Assembly: GCA_951406725.2 (NCBI GenBank)
Contig: OX597824.1
Coordinates: 46,996,001-47,060,000, forward strand
Direction: 5' to 3'
From: Octopus vulgaris
Lineage: Eukaryota
DNA length: 64,000 bases
Below are positions 14,185-27,877 of the stretch, one piece after another. Position 1 is the stretch's first letter, and every line of letters starts with the position of its first letter. Under the pieces are notes generated by a model. It was not told where the DNA came from and did not search any database. It saw nothing but the letters and a program-made list of their open reading frames with translations. The position numbers and the translations under genes are program-made.

Positions 14185-14328
14185 AAACGAAAGAATGTCG
14201 CTACTTCGGAAAAGTATACTTTATTGGGCAGACGTTCATAGCCATAGATAAATGCAACCAGTGCACTTGCAAGTACACTGGAGCTGTTGTGTGCACCGAA
14301 AAGAAATGTTCTCTCTTGAAAACTACAG
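14185..14328 (+). CDS. Cys-domain exon 6 (ETKECRYFGKVYFIGQTFIAIDKCNQCTCKYTGAVVCTEKKCSLLKTT)
   Basis: atttcag| ... acag|gtaata; 144 nt. Confidence 0.85.
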
Positions 14329-14352
14329 GTAATATTAAAAGACGCTTTTTGT

Positions 14353-14548
14353 AAGGCAGCGATCTAGTAGAATCGTTAGCACGCCGGGAAAAAATGCTTA
14401 GCGGCATTTCCTCCATCTTTGCGTTCTGAGTTCAAATTACCTTTCATCCTTTCGAGGTCGATAAAATAAGTACCAGTTGAACACTGGAGTCGATGTAATC
14501 GATTTTCCCTAACTCTCGAAATTGTTGGCCTTATGCCAGACTTTGAAA
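14353..14548 (+). mobile_element. SINE, family A-related, with TSD gtaatattaaaagacgct
   Basis: SINE head motif; 18-bp direct repeat at 14329 and 14549. Confidence 0.8.
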
Positions 14549-14636
14549 GTAATATTAAAAGACGCTGTGCAGATAATACCTGACTGACTTGATACTTGAA
14601 CTTAAGCATCTAATTCAACTGAATCTCAATTATATA

Positions 14637-14704
<68 letters not shown>

Positions 14705-14752
14705 CACGCATATATACCTACATGCATACATATATATATGTATTTATGTACA

Positions 14753-14795
<43 letters not shown>

Positions 14796-15884
14796 AACTT
14801 ATAAATTATATGGTTATTGACGATTAAGTCTCGGCATATTTGGCATTGAAATTTTTTTCTTTTGCCCTTGTTTATAAATTTAACCTTTAAAGGTATTTTT
14901 TTAATATGCTGGCCATTGATAAAAAATTTTTGAAAATTTTATTTATATTATATATATATATATATAGCAAAGTCTGTACGTAGACCGCTATTTTCACTAA
15001 ACATAACTGACAATAAGTTAAGTTTCTTGTATGTTTTCAACTAGTGTGATCTCTATCATGCGTATTATGGATTTATTTTTCCGAAAACGGATTCTGGGGT
15101 GCGGTGGGGAATAAATTAGCTTTAGAATTTGAAGTTCGGAAGTATGGAAGTGGATACTTTATGGACACGTTGTGTTTTGGGGAAAAGAAAGATAAAGCAA
15201 CAGAGCGAGCGAGCGGCGCTTCGGGAGTGGTAAATATCCGAGTGAGGTGTATACCAAGAGCTACCCTTCAGCTCAAGGATATCTTGATAAATGGAAGTTT
15301 ACATTGTCGCAAGGAGGTACATGTTAACACATGGAAGCGTTAATCAGTATGTATAGAGATCACAGTAGGAGTTGAGAATATAAATGTAGAGAGAAATTAG
15401 GATTAAATGAAAGAAAAAAAACATAAGGTAGTGAGAAGAAAGAGGAATTTAAGCAACAACAATTGACTTACATCAATTATTATTTTTTTTAATTCAATGC
15501 GACTGTATTCCATCTAACAGTTGTTTCTGCTTCCAATGTTATATGGTATTGCCAATGATATTCTAAAAATAATATTCATCATATTTCGTAATAAATCCGA
15601 TCTGGAACATGGAGCTTCATCAGAGTGAAGAAAAATACATGCATAAAAGAAAAGAAAAAAGGGAAGAGTCTCGAGAGGAAAAAGAAAGGCTTAATATGTT
15701 TAAATCATACCATTTTACTTATGTGTCGCTTTGGGAAGTTGAGTAAATGACTAAACTTCAAGCAGTAATTGGTGGGTTAATTTTTCTATGGGGGTAAAAG
15801 GGTGGATAAGTGTTAAAAAAAAGTCAAAATTAAACAAATTTTACAATAACGGGATGCGCCAATAGGTTTAGTCACTTCAAAAAC

Positions 15885-15925
<41 letters not shown>

Positions 15926-16079
15926 ATATAAGATATAATTGTTATATTAGACCGATTTTCATGAAGCTTAGTAGTCGAATGAAATAAAGCCACATGAATG
16001 AATTTAGAAACACCAAAAAAATGAAGTAAATGTTACGGGATTTATTTTTGATTTTTGAAATATTTTACGTAGCACATTC

Positions 16080-16450
16080 AATATGGTGCGTAGATGACAA
16101 TGTTTTTCAGTCATCTGAATCCCGACGCTCCAGAAGTCAAAGGGCTAGGGAAACACCGGAGGAAAGACAAGACAGGTTCTATTCTCAGAGACAACGAGAT
16201 GCCGTGGAGCCACAACAGCAACGAAATGTAACGAATAGGTTTGTAACAACCAGGAAAGCCTGCTTGAGAAAACAAGAGACACCAGAGTAGAAACGACGGA
16301 GATTGGTGTCTCAAGCCAATAGACAAGCTCTCTTCTCGAAACCCTAGACACCAGAGCAAAAACGCCGAAGGTGGTGTCTCAATCCGATAGAGAAGTCCCC
16401 CAAAGAAAATGTTACTCCAGAGAGCAGGAAACATCATGCCAACGACATGT
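16080..16450 (+). mobile_element. Degraded charged-repeat coding remnant, probably a Helitron Rep N-terminus
   Basis: Repeated ETPE-x-R motifs (RARETPEERQDR..QETPE) interrupted by stops. Confidence 0.4.
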
Positions 16451-16727
16451 CACGTTTGGATTTAAACATTTTTCTCGTGAAGAGTGGCTACTAGCAGTCT
16501 TTTGCCACCTGACACAAAGGCATTATGATATATGCTTTTCGATCTTGGTCGTCCAGATAGAGAGGAATCTGCGAGAGAAAAATTTCCTGAGTAAAACTTC
16601 TTAAAACATTGTTGGAATGTCCGGTCACTTACATCTTTATTTCTATAGACAGAACGGATATTTACTTAAAGGAATTGGTTGGCTTCGGTTTCTACTAAAA
16701 AAACACTTATCCACAGTGCCGATACAT

Positions 16728-16819
<92 letters not shown>

Positions 16820-16901
16820 TGAGTCTCTTTTATTGGATGCTCGAAGGCATCCCAACTAAGATCAAAATATGTTTAGTGTTCATATAAATCTCGATTACGG
16901 T

Positions 16902-16934
<33 letters not shown>

Positions 16935-16998
16935 ATATTTTATAAATATATTTTAAAATATATGGGCTGTTAAAATATATGGAGAGCCAAGGCGAAAA

Positions 16999-17257
16999 AG
17001 TAGAGAAAATTAAAAACGCAGAGTTTAGGCAGTCAAGCAAATTCCCGATCGCATAAATGAAATCATTCAACCACTGTAGTTGAAGCATATACATTTATAC
17101 ACATCAGCATAAATCATGCATGTATAGGCATAAAGATCCTGTACATGCATGAATTATGCTGATGTGTATGCTTCAACTACTGTGGTTGAATGATTTCATT
17201 TTTGCGTTCGGGAATTTGTTTGACTGCCTAAACTTTGCGTTTTCAATTTTCTCTACT
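16999..17257. repeat. Imperfect long inverted repeat (MITE-like fold-back)
   Basis: agtagagaaaatt..cgcagagtttaggcagtcaa pairs with ttgactgcctaaactttgcg..aattttctctact; loop about 10 nt. Confidence 0.8.
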
Positions 17258-17464
17258 CTATATTATGTGTGTGTGTATGGGTGGAGGTGTGCGCGCGCGT
17301 GTGTGTGTGTACATATGGTAGGTTCTCGTCGTCATATATGCATATGTCTATTTGTGAATTGTTTGTGTTAGGCTGGGATGATCAATACTATTATTGTTAT
17401 ATTCTATGACTGAGGAAGCTTCAGTTTCATCTTGAATTTGTACACAACTTTTTTTCCTTTTCAG

Positions 17465-17611
17465 GAGTCAAATTACAATGCCACTACTACGGAAAAGTAT
17501 ACATAATTGGGCAAACGTTCATAGCCATAGATAAATGCAATCAGTGCACGTGCAAGCCCACTGGAGCTATTGTATGCACCGAAAAGTCATGCGCTGCTTT
17601 AAAAAATGAAG
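17465..17611 (+). CDS. Cys-domain exon 7 (GVKLQCHYYGKVYIIGQTFIAIDKCNQCTCKPTGAIVCTEKSCAALKNE)
   Basis: ttttcag| ... gaag|gtaata; 147 nt; absent from the ORF track. Confidence 0.85.
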
Positions 17612-18085
17612 GTAATACTAAAAGATGCTTTTCAACAGATTTTACTAATCACTGGATAGGTTCTAATGCCCAACATCTCCCGCTTCTTTACTAGGGTTAA
17701 ATGTCAATATGTCAATCACTTTCTGTATTTTATTCAGTGTGCTCGCTATTACAGACCGGAAAGTGGAACGGAGGTGAAACATGGAAAAGCAGTCGCAATT
17801 ATTATTGTTTATGTGGCAACTGCCTTTTTGGTTCTCTTCGTACAGGTCGGCCGTTGAATGTTGATATGCGGTGGGACATGTGTACGTGCGTGCCTGTGTG
17901 TGTGTACGTGTGAGTGTGCGTGTGTGGATGTGTCGGGGTGTGTGTGTGTGTGTGCGTCGGTGTGTATGTATCGGTGTGGGCAATTGAATGACTTGCAATT
18001 CAGATGTCGACTAACCACTCTTTTCGGATAATTCGAAGGGAAAAAGAATTTTCTTCACGTTTTTCTCCTTCTTTCTCTCTCCCTC

Positions 18086-18155
<70 letters not shown>

Positions 18156-18916
18156 CCCCCCTTCTCTCATTGTGTCTTTCTCACTTCTGCCTGTCTCACT
18201 TTCTTTGTTTTTCTTCAATTAAGACTGTCCCCAGTCAGCACAGGTAGCTCAAAATCATCAATTTTTACAGCAGCACATTTTTAGCCTGTTTTTATCATTA
18301 CTGACAACAAAGAATCACTCTTTAGTATTTTAGAGATTCGCAGGTAAGGTTTCTACCGTGATCGACTTAATTATCACCAAAATCCAGACGCTTATATCTC
18401 AGGCCAGGAAATTAAAACAATTGAGCTCAATACGAAAGACGGAAAACGCACCGGCTATTAATTCTCCTTCTACTGCAATTACCACTACTGTTTTTCCGGT
18501 TCATGTTACATATTAGTCATGTTTTTAGCGAAATTTATCTACATCATAGTGACACGGATAAGTCAATACCTCGTACGCGTCCGACATGAGTCGACTATAT
18601 TTCCACCTTCTGTTTTATTAATTTTTTCTTAAATAAGTGGGAAAAAATCATGCGAACCTATTTAAGAACCGATGGCACAAATCATTTGTAAAAACATTGC
18701 ATTCGTAATAACACTCTCAAACTGTGACATTGGGGAAAGGAGACAAAAGTTATCAATGAACTTTTCCTGTTTTGTCTCGATCTTATGGTCAATTTTATAT
18801 ACTTTATTCTACCATCGTCATATTCATATGATAGCCTGACATAATGACCAGCTATTTGTGCAAAGGGCTTTCTTCAAATTTATATTTAATTCTTGTTGGT
18901 AAAGCCTTCCTTTCAG

Positions 18917-19084
18917 AAAATACAACACCGAAAATTGAAATTTTATTCAACTGCCACTACAATGGGAAAACATTCGTATTTGGACAAAGCTTCTCATCTG
19001 CAGATAGATGTAATACGTGTAGTTGCAAGAACAAAGGAACCGTCACGTGTACCAAAAAGCTTTGCTCTGCCTCAAAAAATAAAG
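18917..19084 (+). CDS. Cys-domain exon 8 (ENTTPKIEILFNCHYNGKTFVFGQSFSSADRCNTCSCKNKGTVTCTKKLCSASKNK)
   Basis: ctttcag| ... aaag|gtaata; 168 nt. Confidence 0.85.
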
Positions 19085-19613
19085 GTAATATTAAAAGATG
19101 TTTTTGAAATAAGATACTCTGAACTATATTTTAAATATTATACTCCACGTTTTATGAAAAAAGAAAAGAAAAATTGCATACGTCTAAATAACAATATACT
19201 ATATTTTTAAAGCGTGAACTATATAAAATAGAGGCAAATGGCGTCGTGTTATTAAAAGTGCGCTGATTGTAATATACTCCTGCGTTACATTCTTTGTCAA
19301 ATTCTTTACAAGTTAAGATTTGATTATTAGGATATGAATGAGGAAAACAATCTCGAAAAACAAATTCGAGTTGAAACTTTAGCAAATGAAATTTGATCTA
19401 ATGAATATAGAATCAGGACTTCTGAGATAAACTCTCTCGATAAATGATAAATGGGTCTATGTACTTTGAATTCAAATCATAACAAGGTTAACTTTGCCTT
19501 TCATCCTTTCGAGATCAATAAATAAAGTACCAGCACTGGGATCGATTCTTCTCTTTCTCTCTTTCTATCTTGCTGACTTTCATCTTCTCTCTCTCTCTCT
19601 CTTTCCCCCACTG

Positions 19614-19653
<40 letters not shown>

Positions 19654-19656
19654 CCA

Positions 19657-19715
<59 letters not shown>

Positions 19716-20431
19716 GAATGAAATCGGCTTTGGTAAGACTTGTAGGGTTATGGTCTCCATCAAGTCTAAAAATGCTCATGAGATGCCGAATGTCATGACG
19801 AAGTCCTTACGAATTCATCAAGGAGTTGAGGACCCAAGCAAAGCAGGGCGAGTAGATATCACAATCCAAGATAAGAGTTTATAGTGAACATTCTTAGGTC
19901 ACTTATAAGAATAGGGTGAAATGAACAAATTTTGTTGGGCTCTGGTTTCATCTTCTATGGTGTTAGACTTCAACCTTGTTAAAACTCTCAAACACGAGAT
20001 ACTGGAAATTGAAACTGATCCACAATGTGCTAACCTTCATGATAAACCACAAGCATCTAAATATCAATTCCTGTTTGAAGTTAAATATTAAGTATTATGA
20101 ACCAATGAGAGATCTTCTATTTGGTCACCCGACCTACTAGAAATAACAGCCAAATCATCATCCAACCCCAAAAGAAAATAAACACAGTGAACAGTATAAT
20201 CTGTGCATCGCATCATATCCATTTATATGTTGTGTGACTCTCGTTATAAACTTTACAATACAAAGCTAAAGTAAATTTATTTTTCCCGTCGAAATTTTCT
20301 TCGATTTTAGATTTCTAGTCTTATATACTCTTGTTGACAAGCATATGAAAGTGTGACGAGTTGACCAAATCTTCTCTGTGTGTATGTGTGCGTGTGCATG
20401 TGTGTGTGTTTGTGTGATTGTGTGTGTAAGT

Positions 20432-20462
<31 letters not shown>

Positions 20463-20538
20463 CGCGTGTGTATGTGTGTGTGTGTGTGACATGGTATCTT
20501 CAAATTCATCTCGTGTTCGTGCAAACCTTATCTTTCAG

Positions 20539-20709
20539 TAACTACAACAACATCGATTAGCAGCACACTCAGAGTGTGTAACTACCGTGGAAAATCGTTC
20601 AGAATTGAGGAGACGTTTTTAGCTGAAGATAAATGCAATCATTGCACTTGCAAGACTGATGGGAATGTAGTTTGTACGAGAAAGGCGTGCTCTAACGCTA
20701 CTGATGAAG
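20539..20709 (+). CDS. Cys-domain exon 9 (VTTTTSISSTLRVCNYRGKSFRIEETFLAEDKCNHCTCKTDGNVVCTRKACSNATDE)
   Basis: ctttcag| ... gaag|gtaata; 171 nt; absent from the ORF track. Confidence 0.85.
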
Positions 20710-21333
20710 GTAATACTAAATGGTGTTTTTCAATCAGGATGCAATGAATTAGAGTTTTAAATTGATCACCATTTAATTTTTAAAATATAACGTCCGAAAT
20801 GATTATTTACGAAAGACGAAAGAGCGGACGATTCAAAGTGCTGGAGGTTGTTGTTAATAGTTCACTTCTGTTTTGAGATGCTGGGAGTGCACTGGGACGA
20901 GGATTGAACATTATATCGTGTTTTCAAAGACAGAGATGTATTCCTGTTCGGTGTTTAGCGACGATAAAAGGACAACTGTAGGGATTATTGTTTGGGAGTA
21001 ATAGATCGGATATTATCAATGCCAGTGGCATTGACTTAAACAGACCAGAGTGTAGTGGCACATAGCGTTGTATAAGCAATGTTATGAAGTCAGGACTAGA
21101 ATGGATTTCATTATTGCGTATAATGCAAAATATGCATATTTAACTGTTAAGCAGAAATACTGCATTATTAAAACATTATAGTGTGTTAATGGACTATAAT
21201 TTCTGTTCTTGTTCTGCAACAGAAAGCAGTTAATCATATGGAAAGTAAAATCTTTTCATAGTTTATAAATCTGGATGAGTGGGCGGGGTGTATTCAAACA
21301 TACTTTAAAATCGTGAAAAGCTTTTCTTTTCAG

Positions 21334-21489
21334 GAAAACCAAAAAGTTCCCCAAAATGTTACTACCATGGAAAAATATACGTAATTGGGCAGGCATTTAT
21401 AGCTATAGATAGCTGTAATCAGTGCAGCTGCAAGACATATGGTAAAGTAGTGTGTTCCGAAAAGAAATGTCCTTCTTCCACAACTCCAG
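21334..21489 (+). CDS. Cys-domain exon 10 (GKPKSSPKCYYHGKIYVIGQAFIAIDSCNQCSCKTYGKVVCSEKKCPSSTTP)
   Basis: ttttcag| ... ccag|gtaaga; 156 nt. Confidence 0.85.
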
Positions 21490-21728
21490 GTAAGACTAAA
21501 ATAAGATATACTGAACCTGATCAGCATTTATTATGAACAGCATATTGTTTACATCTAAGTTTACTTATCTTTTTCAAAATTTTCAATAATATAAATCTGA
21601 CGAGGATTAAGGTTTAACTCCTTGAGAAAAATAATGGCTATTAATCTGCTTTATCAACATCATCATCGTCATAATTATTATCAATATTATTATTTAAATT
21701 ATTATTATCATCATCATCATTATTATTA

Positions 21729-21810
<82 letters not shown>

Positions 21811-21811
21811 C

Positions 21812-22026
21812 AAGGCGGTGAGCATGCAGAATCGTTAGCACGCCGGACGAAATGCTTAGAGGTATTTCGCCCGTCTTCACGTTCTGAGTTCAAATTTCGC
21901 TGATGTCGACTTTGCCTTTCATCCTTTTGGGATCGATAAATTAAGTACCAGTGAAATACTGCGGTCTATGTAATTGACTCATCCCCTCCCCTGAACTGGC
22001 TGCTCTTGTGGCAAAATCTGAAACCA
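21812..22026 (+). mobile_element. SINE, family A-related, within (ATT)n/(GTT)n/(GAT)n microsatellites
   Basis: ggcggtgagcatgcagaatcgttagcacgccgg head. Confidence 0.8.
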
Positions 22027-22035
22027 TTATTATCG

Positions 22036-22137
<102 letters not shown>

Positions 22138-22139
22138 GT

Positions 22140-24040
22140 ACTCGTTGGATGCCCGTCGCATCGCTGGTAAGTTTGTGTTTTTAAAAGTTGTATAATTTTT
22201 GTTATATAAGAGGTGTTAAGGCTACCAAGACCACTTGGATTGGTTGGTTTATTCATTTGCACCCCTTTTGGGGGTCCAAATTTGGAAAGAAAATTTTCAA
22301 CTTTGTTTCAAAAATATATTTTTTAAAAACATGGGGATATAGCTCCTAATAGAAATCCCCCACTCAATTTTCCGAGTTAGACGATGCTTACCGTGTTCAC
22401 TTCACTGACGATCCGTCTGGGTTAACGGCTCGCGTTGGTCGACTACATTTTACACGGTCACAGCAGATGAGGATATATCTCGTAGAGATAGGGAACTGGC
22501 TGGAACTTTGTTTGACAGGTCGCGACGGGAGGACCGGGAATATGCCGACAAATGATGAATGCAGCTATTTCTCGGAACCGTTCTACATCGCTCGCTCGGT
22601 CTACCAAGGTTGCCCGCTCTCGCCTTTTCTGTGCATGTTGTTTCTCGATCCGTTGCTGCGAAAGCTGAGTTAGTTGAGGTGCAACCCTTTCGAATTGAGA
22701 TCTGGGTAGGCCGTGTTGGCGTACGCGGACGACTTCAACGTCATGATGTCGGATGCCACGAAATGGAGACATCAGGCACGATACTAAAGGAAAACGAAAT
22801 AGTGACTAAGGCCAAGATCAATGTGGACTAGTGGTGGGCTTTCAGCTGGGCACCCGGGGAAGCAGGTCCATTTCGTTGAATGGTGTCGTGGAACGCTAGA
22901 CAAAACAATTAAATTATACGGTGTCTTGTTTGATCCAGGTCTCCAAGTGGATAAGAACTGAGACGAAGTAACGAACAAACTGACCAACCTTACCCAAAAG
23001 TTGGCAGAGAAGATATCCCTGAAAGGGCGGACAGCGGTGGCAAATGTCTACAACACATCCTTTAATTTTTACCGTCTGACTGACATGCCTTGCCCCAGTT
23101 ATTGCCTGATCAGATTGGATAATCAGTTATTCAGTTTCTTGTGGCAGTCCAGTAGTCAAGCAGTCCATCTGCTGCCAACACCCTATGCACAGTGGCTTAG
23201 GCTTACCTTGGCTGCTGATACGCAAACACACGCTGAAGTTACGCCACTTGCAGAGACTCCTAGACAATAAACGCAGGTGGGTATCGTTCATGAGTTACGT
23301 TCCTTGTTGAAATAAAGACCGAAGACTGGGCACCTGGTATCTAGAATGTGTTTAGAGTTATATCGAAAAGCTGCTGTCGCGTGAGATGGTTCCGATTATC
23401 GACTGAGTTCATAATGATGTTTGCCTGCTACCCTCCGTTAATTGGGCAAGGAAGGCAGATTTCCTCTGCAGGGAAGGCAGCTTTCCTTTGCGGTGAATGC
23501 AGCTTTCCATTGCATGATATCCAGAGATAAAACGGTTGAGTGGTGGATCATGGTGAAAGGTACGGGGACAGAAACTTTCTTCTTTAGCAGAGCCTACATC
23601 GACTTTTTCAAGTTTCACTTGAAAAGGAAAATGAGTGTGAAGAGGGAGGTGCTGTCCTCGAATGAATTCATTGAAAGTGTTGGATGAGTGGTTGGGGTGG
23701 TTGGGAGTGGTGTAAGTAATACCACTCTTGGTATAGACCTATGCATCGGAGAACAGAAATAAGAGAGGACACTTGTCCTTTGGCGTTCTGAGAAATCTTG
23801 GATGGTGGGGTTCCCCGGTTGGCTCTTGAGTTCTCCTGCATCAGAAGAATCATATCATTATCACCTTTCTTTACTGATATATACCATGTATAATGCTTTT
23901 CGTTTGTTAACATTGTATACCTTGTATACTTATGTCTATTTTATTTTTTATTCTATTATACATAATTCCCCCACACTTTATGTCCGTTTTTATATTGTTC
24001 GCTTCATCCATTACCCTGGTGGCAAATAAAAGAAATTATT
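22140..24040 (+). mobile_element. Tx1/L1-like LINE, degraded RT and 3' region
   Basis: RSVYQGCPLSP and AYADD remnants homologous to the 53-56 kb LINE; aataaa followed by (ATT)n tail. Confidence 0.75.
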
Positions 24041-24049
24041 ATTATATTA

Positions 24050-24262
24050 GGCAGGCGATGAGTTAGCAGAATGGTTAGTACGCCGGACGAAATGCTTAGC
24101 CGCATTTCGTCCGTCCCTACATTTTGTGTTTAAATTCCCTTGAAGCTGACTTTGCCTTTCGCCCTCTCGGAGTCGATAAAATAAACACCAAATACTTGGA
24201 TCAATGTAATTGACTGGCCCCTCCCCTAAAATTTCAGGCCTTGTGCCGATAGTAAAAAGATT

Positions 24263-24305
<43 letters not shown>

Positions 24306-24351
24306 GGTGGTGGTGGTGGTGGTGGTGGTGGTGGTGGTGGTGGTGGTGGTG

Positions 24352-24383
<32 letters not shown>

Positions 24384-24408
24384 GGTAGTGGTGGTGGTGG
24401 TGGTGGTG

Positions 24409-24451
<43 letters not shown>

Positions 24452-24660
24452 AGCTGACAGAATCGTCCCCGTGTCGGACAAAATGTTTAATAGAATTTCT
24501 TTCGGTCTTTTATGCTCTGAGTTCAAATGCTTTCGAGGCCAACTCTGCCTTTCAACCTTTCGAGGTCGATAAAATAAAGTGCCAGTCAAATACTGGGGTC
24601 GATGTAATCGACTTCTCCATCCCACCAAAATATTTCGCGCCTTGTGCCTACAGCAGAGAG
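24050..24660 (+). mobile_element. Two SINE A-related copies separated by (GTA)n/(GTG)n microsatellites
   Basis: SINE heads at ~24052 and ~24450. Confidence 0.75.
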
Positions 24661-26447
24661 AATTATTGCTATGATTGTTGTTGTTGTTGCTCTTTGCATT
24701 CTAATAATTCTGATATGTGATTAAGTCATTAGTATTCAAATAGAAATGGAAGGTATTTTGAGAGAAATGCAAAACAGGTATACAAATACAATGTTTTGAA
24801 ATTTAAATTTAGTCGAAAAGATTGAAAAGTGAACCCTTAATTCTTAAGTGTTTCAATGATTTGTGTTGCCTTAATTTATTGTATTTTTCGAGAAACTTGT
24901 TACCTTGAGGCTTCTTGTGTTCTTATGTCAGTCTAATCTCTAAGAAATATGATAATGCTATGTACTAGAAGCAATACTATTAATGGGTTCTGTTGATATT
25001 ATTACATACAGTATTGAATGCTTTTTGCAGTTATTTTACTGTAATACTTCAAACCTAAAACTTAACACTGTATTTATGTCTAGGCTGTTTCACCCTTGTC
25101 TTGAAAAGTCAACTATCAGTAACATCTGTAGTAGGATAAACAACTCGTAGAATGTACGTATAGGCACTCCAAAAACAAATCCTTCACTTCAGCCGCGTGA
25201 AGTTAAATGGATTAGATGCTACTTTTCGCCACTCCCAAATAATGATAGCAAGTTTTACAAATAAAACTTGCGAAGGAAAAATTAATTGACTCACATATCT
25301 TGAAACACAGTGAAATGACAACAATAAATTAGATAAGCAATATCTTATCAATAAGATTCACAATCTTATTTAAGAAACAAATTTCAAACAGGCAATCATC
25401 AATTCTGGTACATCTTAGTCAGGGGTTGAAGGGCAGCTCTTCCACCGTTTTTGTCAAGGCCCCCAAGAAAAAGTAAAAGAAAGGAAGTTGTCCTCAAACT
25501 AGACAACTAGCCCGAGAGCTGGCCACAAACGGGAACTCTGCTAAAGGCACCCAAGAACCGGTTGATGATGTTAATTCGGGTGACTGATTAAGTTTACCAC
25601 CCTCGCAGGTCAATGTAGGATTTTAACTCAGAACGCAAATAGCCAGGACAAATACTACACGAGATTTTTATTCAATGTTCTCGCAAATTTCCCTTTCCAT
25701 CACCTTTCGCTCGTACTTTACCTTATCGTCTCTTAAAGAGACGAAAAGGTAATGTTGGCACTGACTGGATTTGAACTCATCGCGCAGTGATCCGAAACAA
25801 ATACTGCATAGCATTTTGTTCCATGGTCTAACAATTTTACCAATTCACTGATATTGTTGTTTTTAACTGTACAAATTGGAAAAGTTCATGAGAATTGAAA
25901 TGACTATACCTAGTGGGATCCTTGAAAATTCAAAGGATTAAGTCTGCATGTTTGCAAACATTGTGTAATATATTAAACAAAAGCAAAGAATTTCAAAAAA
26001 TTCTTTTGAAATTCTGCCATTTAATCAAAACAGTACTTTTTAAATATAATTGAAATGAACTGAGAAGATATTATTTATTTACCTTTTTTTTAATATATTT
26101 GGCAGATACGATGTGCTACGATGTGCTTTATAAGTTTAAGGAAATAGAAATTGAATAAAGCTTTTTCATATATGTTGATTAAAGGATAATTATTTACTTT
26201 ATTCTTGATTACGTATTTAGAAAAATAATAAATACAAACTATATTTTATATGACTATGATATGTACATCGGAAAAAGCATGAGCTCGGGCACTGATCATT
26301 CTATATTATAAAAGAGACTATACAAGCTATATGTAGATAGATAGAACTGATTTAAATGTATATGAAGCATATTGTATGTGAACACACAAAATACTTTACA
26401 AAATGTATGAATCGAATGTAACATATATATATATATATATATATATA

Positions 26448-26615
26448 TTAATCAAGGGACATACTATGTATGTCTACCTGCTGGAAAAGACAGTCAAAGG
26501 ATTTATTTAAATCGCCAAAATGCAGTAGTTATTATCAGTGTATTTTGGCGATTTAAATAAGAGCTTTGATTGTTATTTCCAACAAGTAGGCATATTTAGT
26601 ATGTCCTTTGATTAA
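26448..26615. repeat. Imperfect inverted repeat abutting (TA)n
   Basis: ttaatcaagggacatacta..ttatttaaatcgccaaaat pairs with attttggcgatttaaataa..tagtatgtcctttgattaa. Confidence 0.75.
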
Positions 26616-27801
26616 AACAAGTAGGAAGTTATATTTTTCAAAAAAGCGGAAGAGGAGTAATCAAGATGAGTCATTTTCTTCAAACTTCATTGCATATTTA
26701 GAATTAAATTCTCTTTTGTTTTCTGAAAATCTCCTATATTAAATAGAAAAAATTCTATGTCTCTAAAGAAATTACTCAGTTCATCTTGATTACCTCACTT
26801 CCATTTTTTAATATATCATTGACCCCGGATATTTTTACCTAACTGATTAGTTTTTTCTCCGCGGGTAGTAAATATTAAGTCTTTCAGATTCTTTAATTTA
26901 ATTCATTAATAACAAATCACCATCTACTAAGAAAATTACTCTTCTTGATTACTTCTCTTCCTAAAAATGAATCACCATCTACTAAACCTAAGAAAATAAC
27001 TCATCTTGATTACACCTCTTCGCTTTTTCTAATATATATTATTAACCCCTAATATATTCACTTAATTAATAAGACTTTTGTCCACAGTTATTGAATATTA
27101 TGCCTACTCATCATAAATGATAGGTTTTTTCTCCAAACTTAATAAATATTAGATTTAAAATTCTCTTTTAATCCAACTTATTAAATAATCAACACCTACT
27201 AGCCAAGTATAACCATATATATTAAAGCAGATGCATATTTGTATATGTTTGTATAAGTGTTATAGAATCTCTGTATTTTCTATAACTATTTAGTACATGG
27301 ATGGTTATTGTGACCATTTAGCATTGACCTAGTTTTCTTGATACAAAATCTGATTGCCAAATAGTAGGATACAGCCTCTAAGACAATATAATCCCCCTTC
27401 CACTTTAATTTCTTCATGAATAACTTCTGACATGTATTTCACCCCTACCTATTTCTATAAATAGAAAATCTCTTTTGTCTCCATTCGAATATCCCTCCCC
27501 ACTTTCTAGCAGTTCAAAATAATTTAAAGAAAATTCTTCAGTCAGAAGATAAATTCTAATACCTTAATGTTCTTAATATTCAAATCAACATCTCTGTCTG
27601 TATATCTACCCTCTTTATAATGTTATCAATTAACATGAAAATAAGTATATGTATTGATGGAAGACCTCTATAAATGGCTGATGATTGCTCAACATTTTAA
27701 AACTGTTGTAATACTTACAAAATTTAATAAAATGATGTAGCGTGAAACGATCGTACCAAATTACAGAAGATATTCTTGTTGCTTATTTTGAGTATATATG
27801 T

Positions 27802-27834
<33 letters not shown>

Positions 27835-27877
27835 GCAATAATAATTCTCTAAATGAGATATAGACAGTGACTGCTCC

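Noticed and set aside
24047-24720. Poly-Pro, poly-Gly/Ser and poly-Val ORFs
   Set aside because: They are translations of (GTG)n/(GTA)n microsatellites between SINEs.
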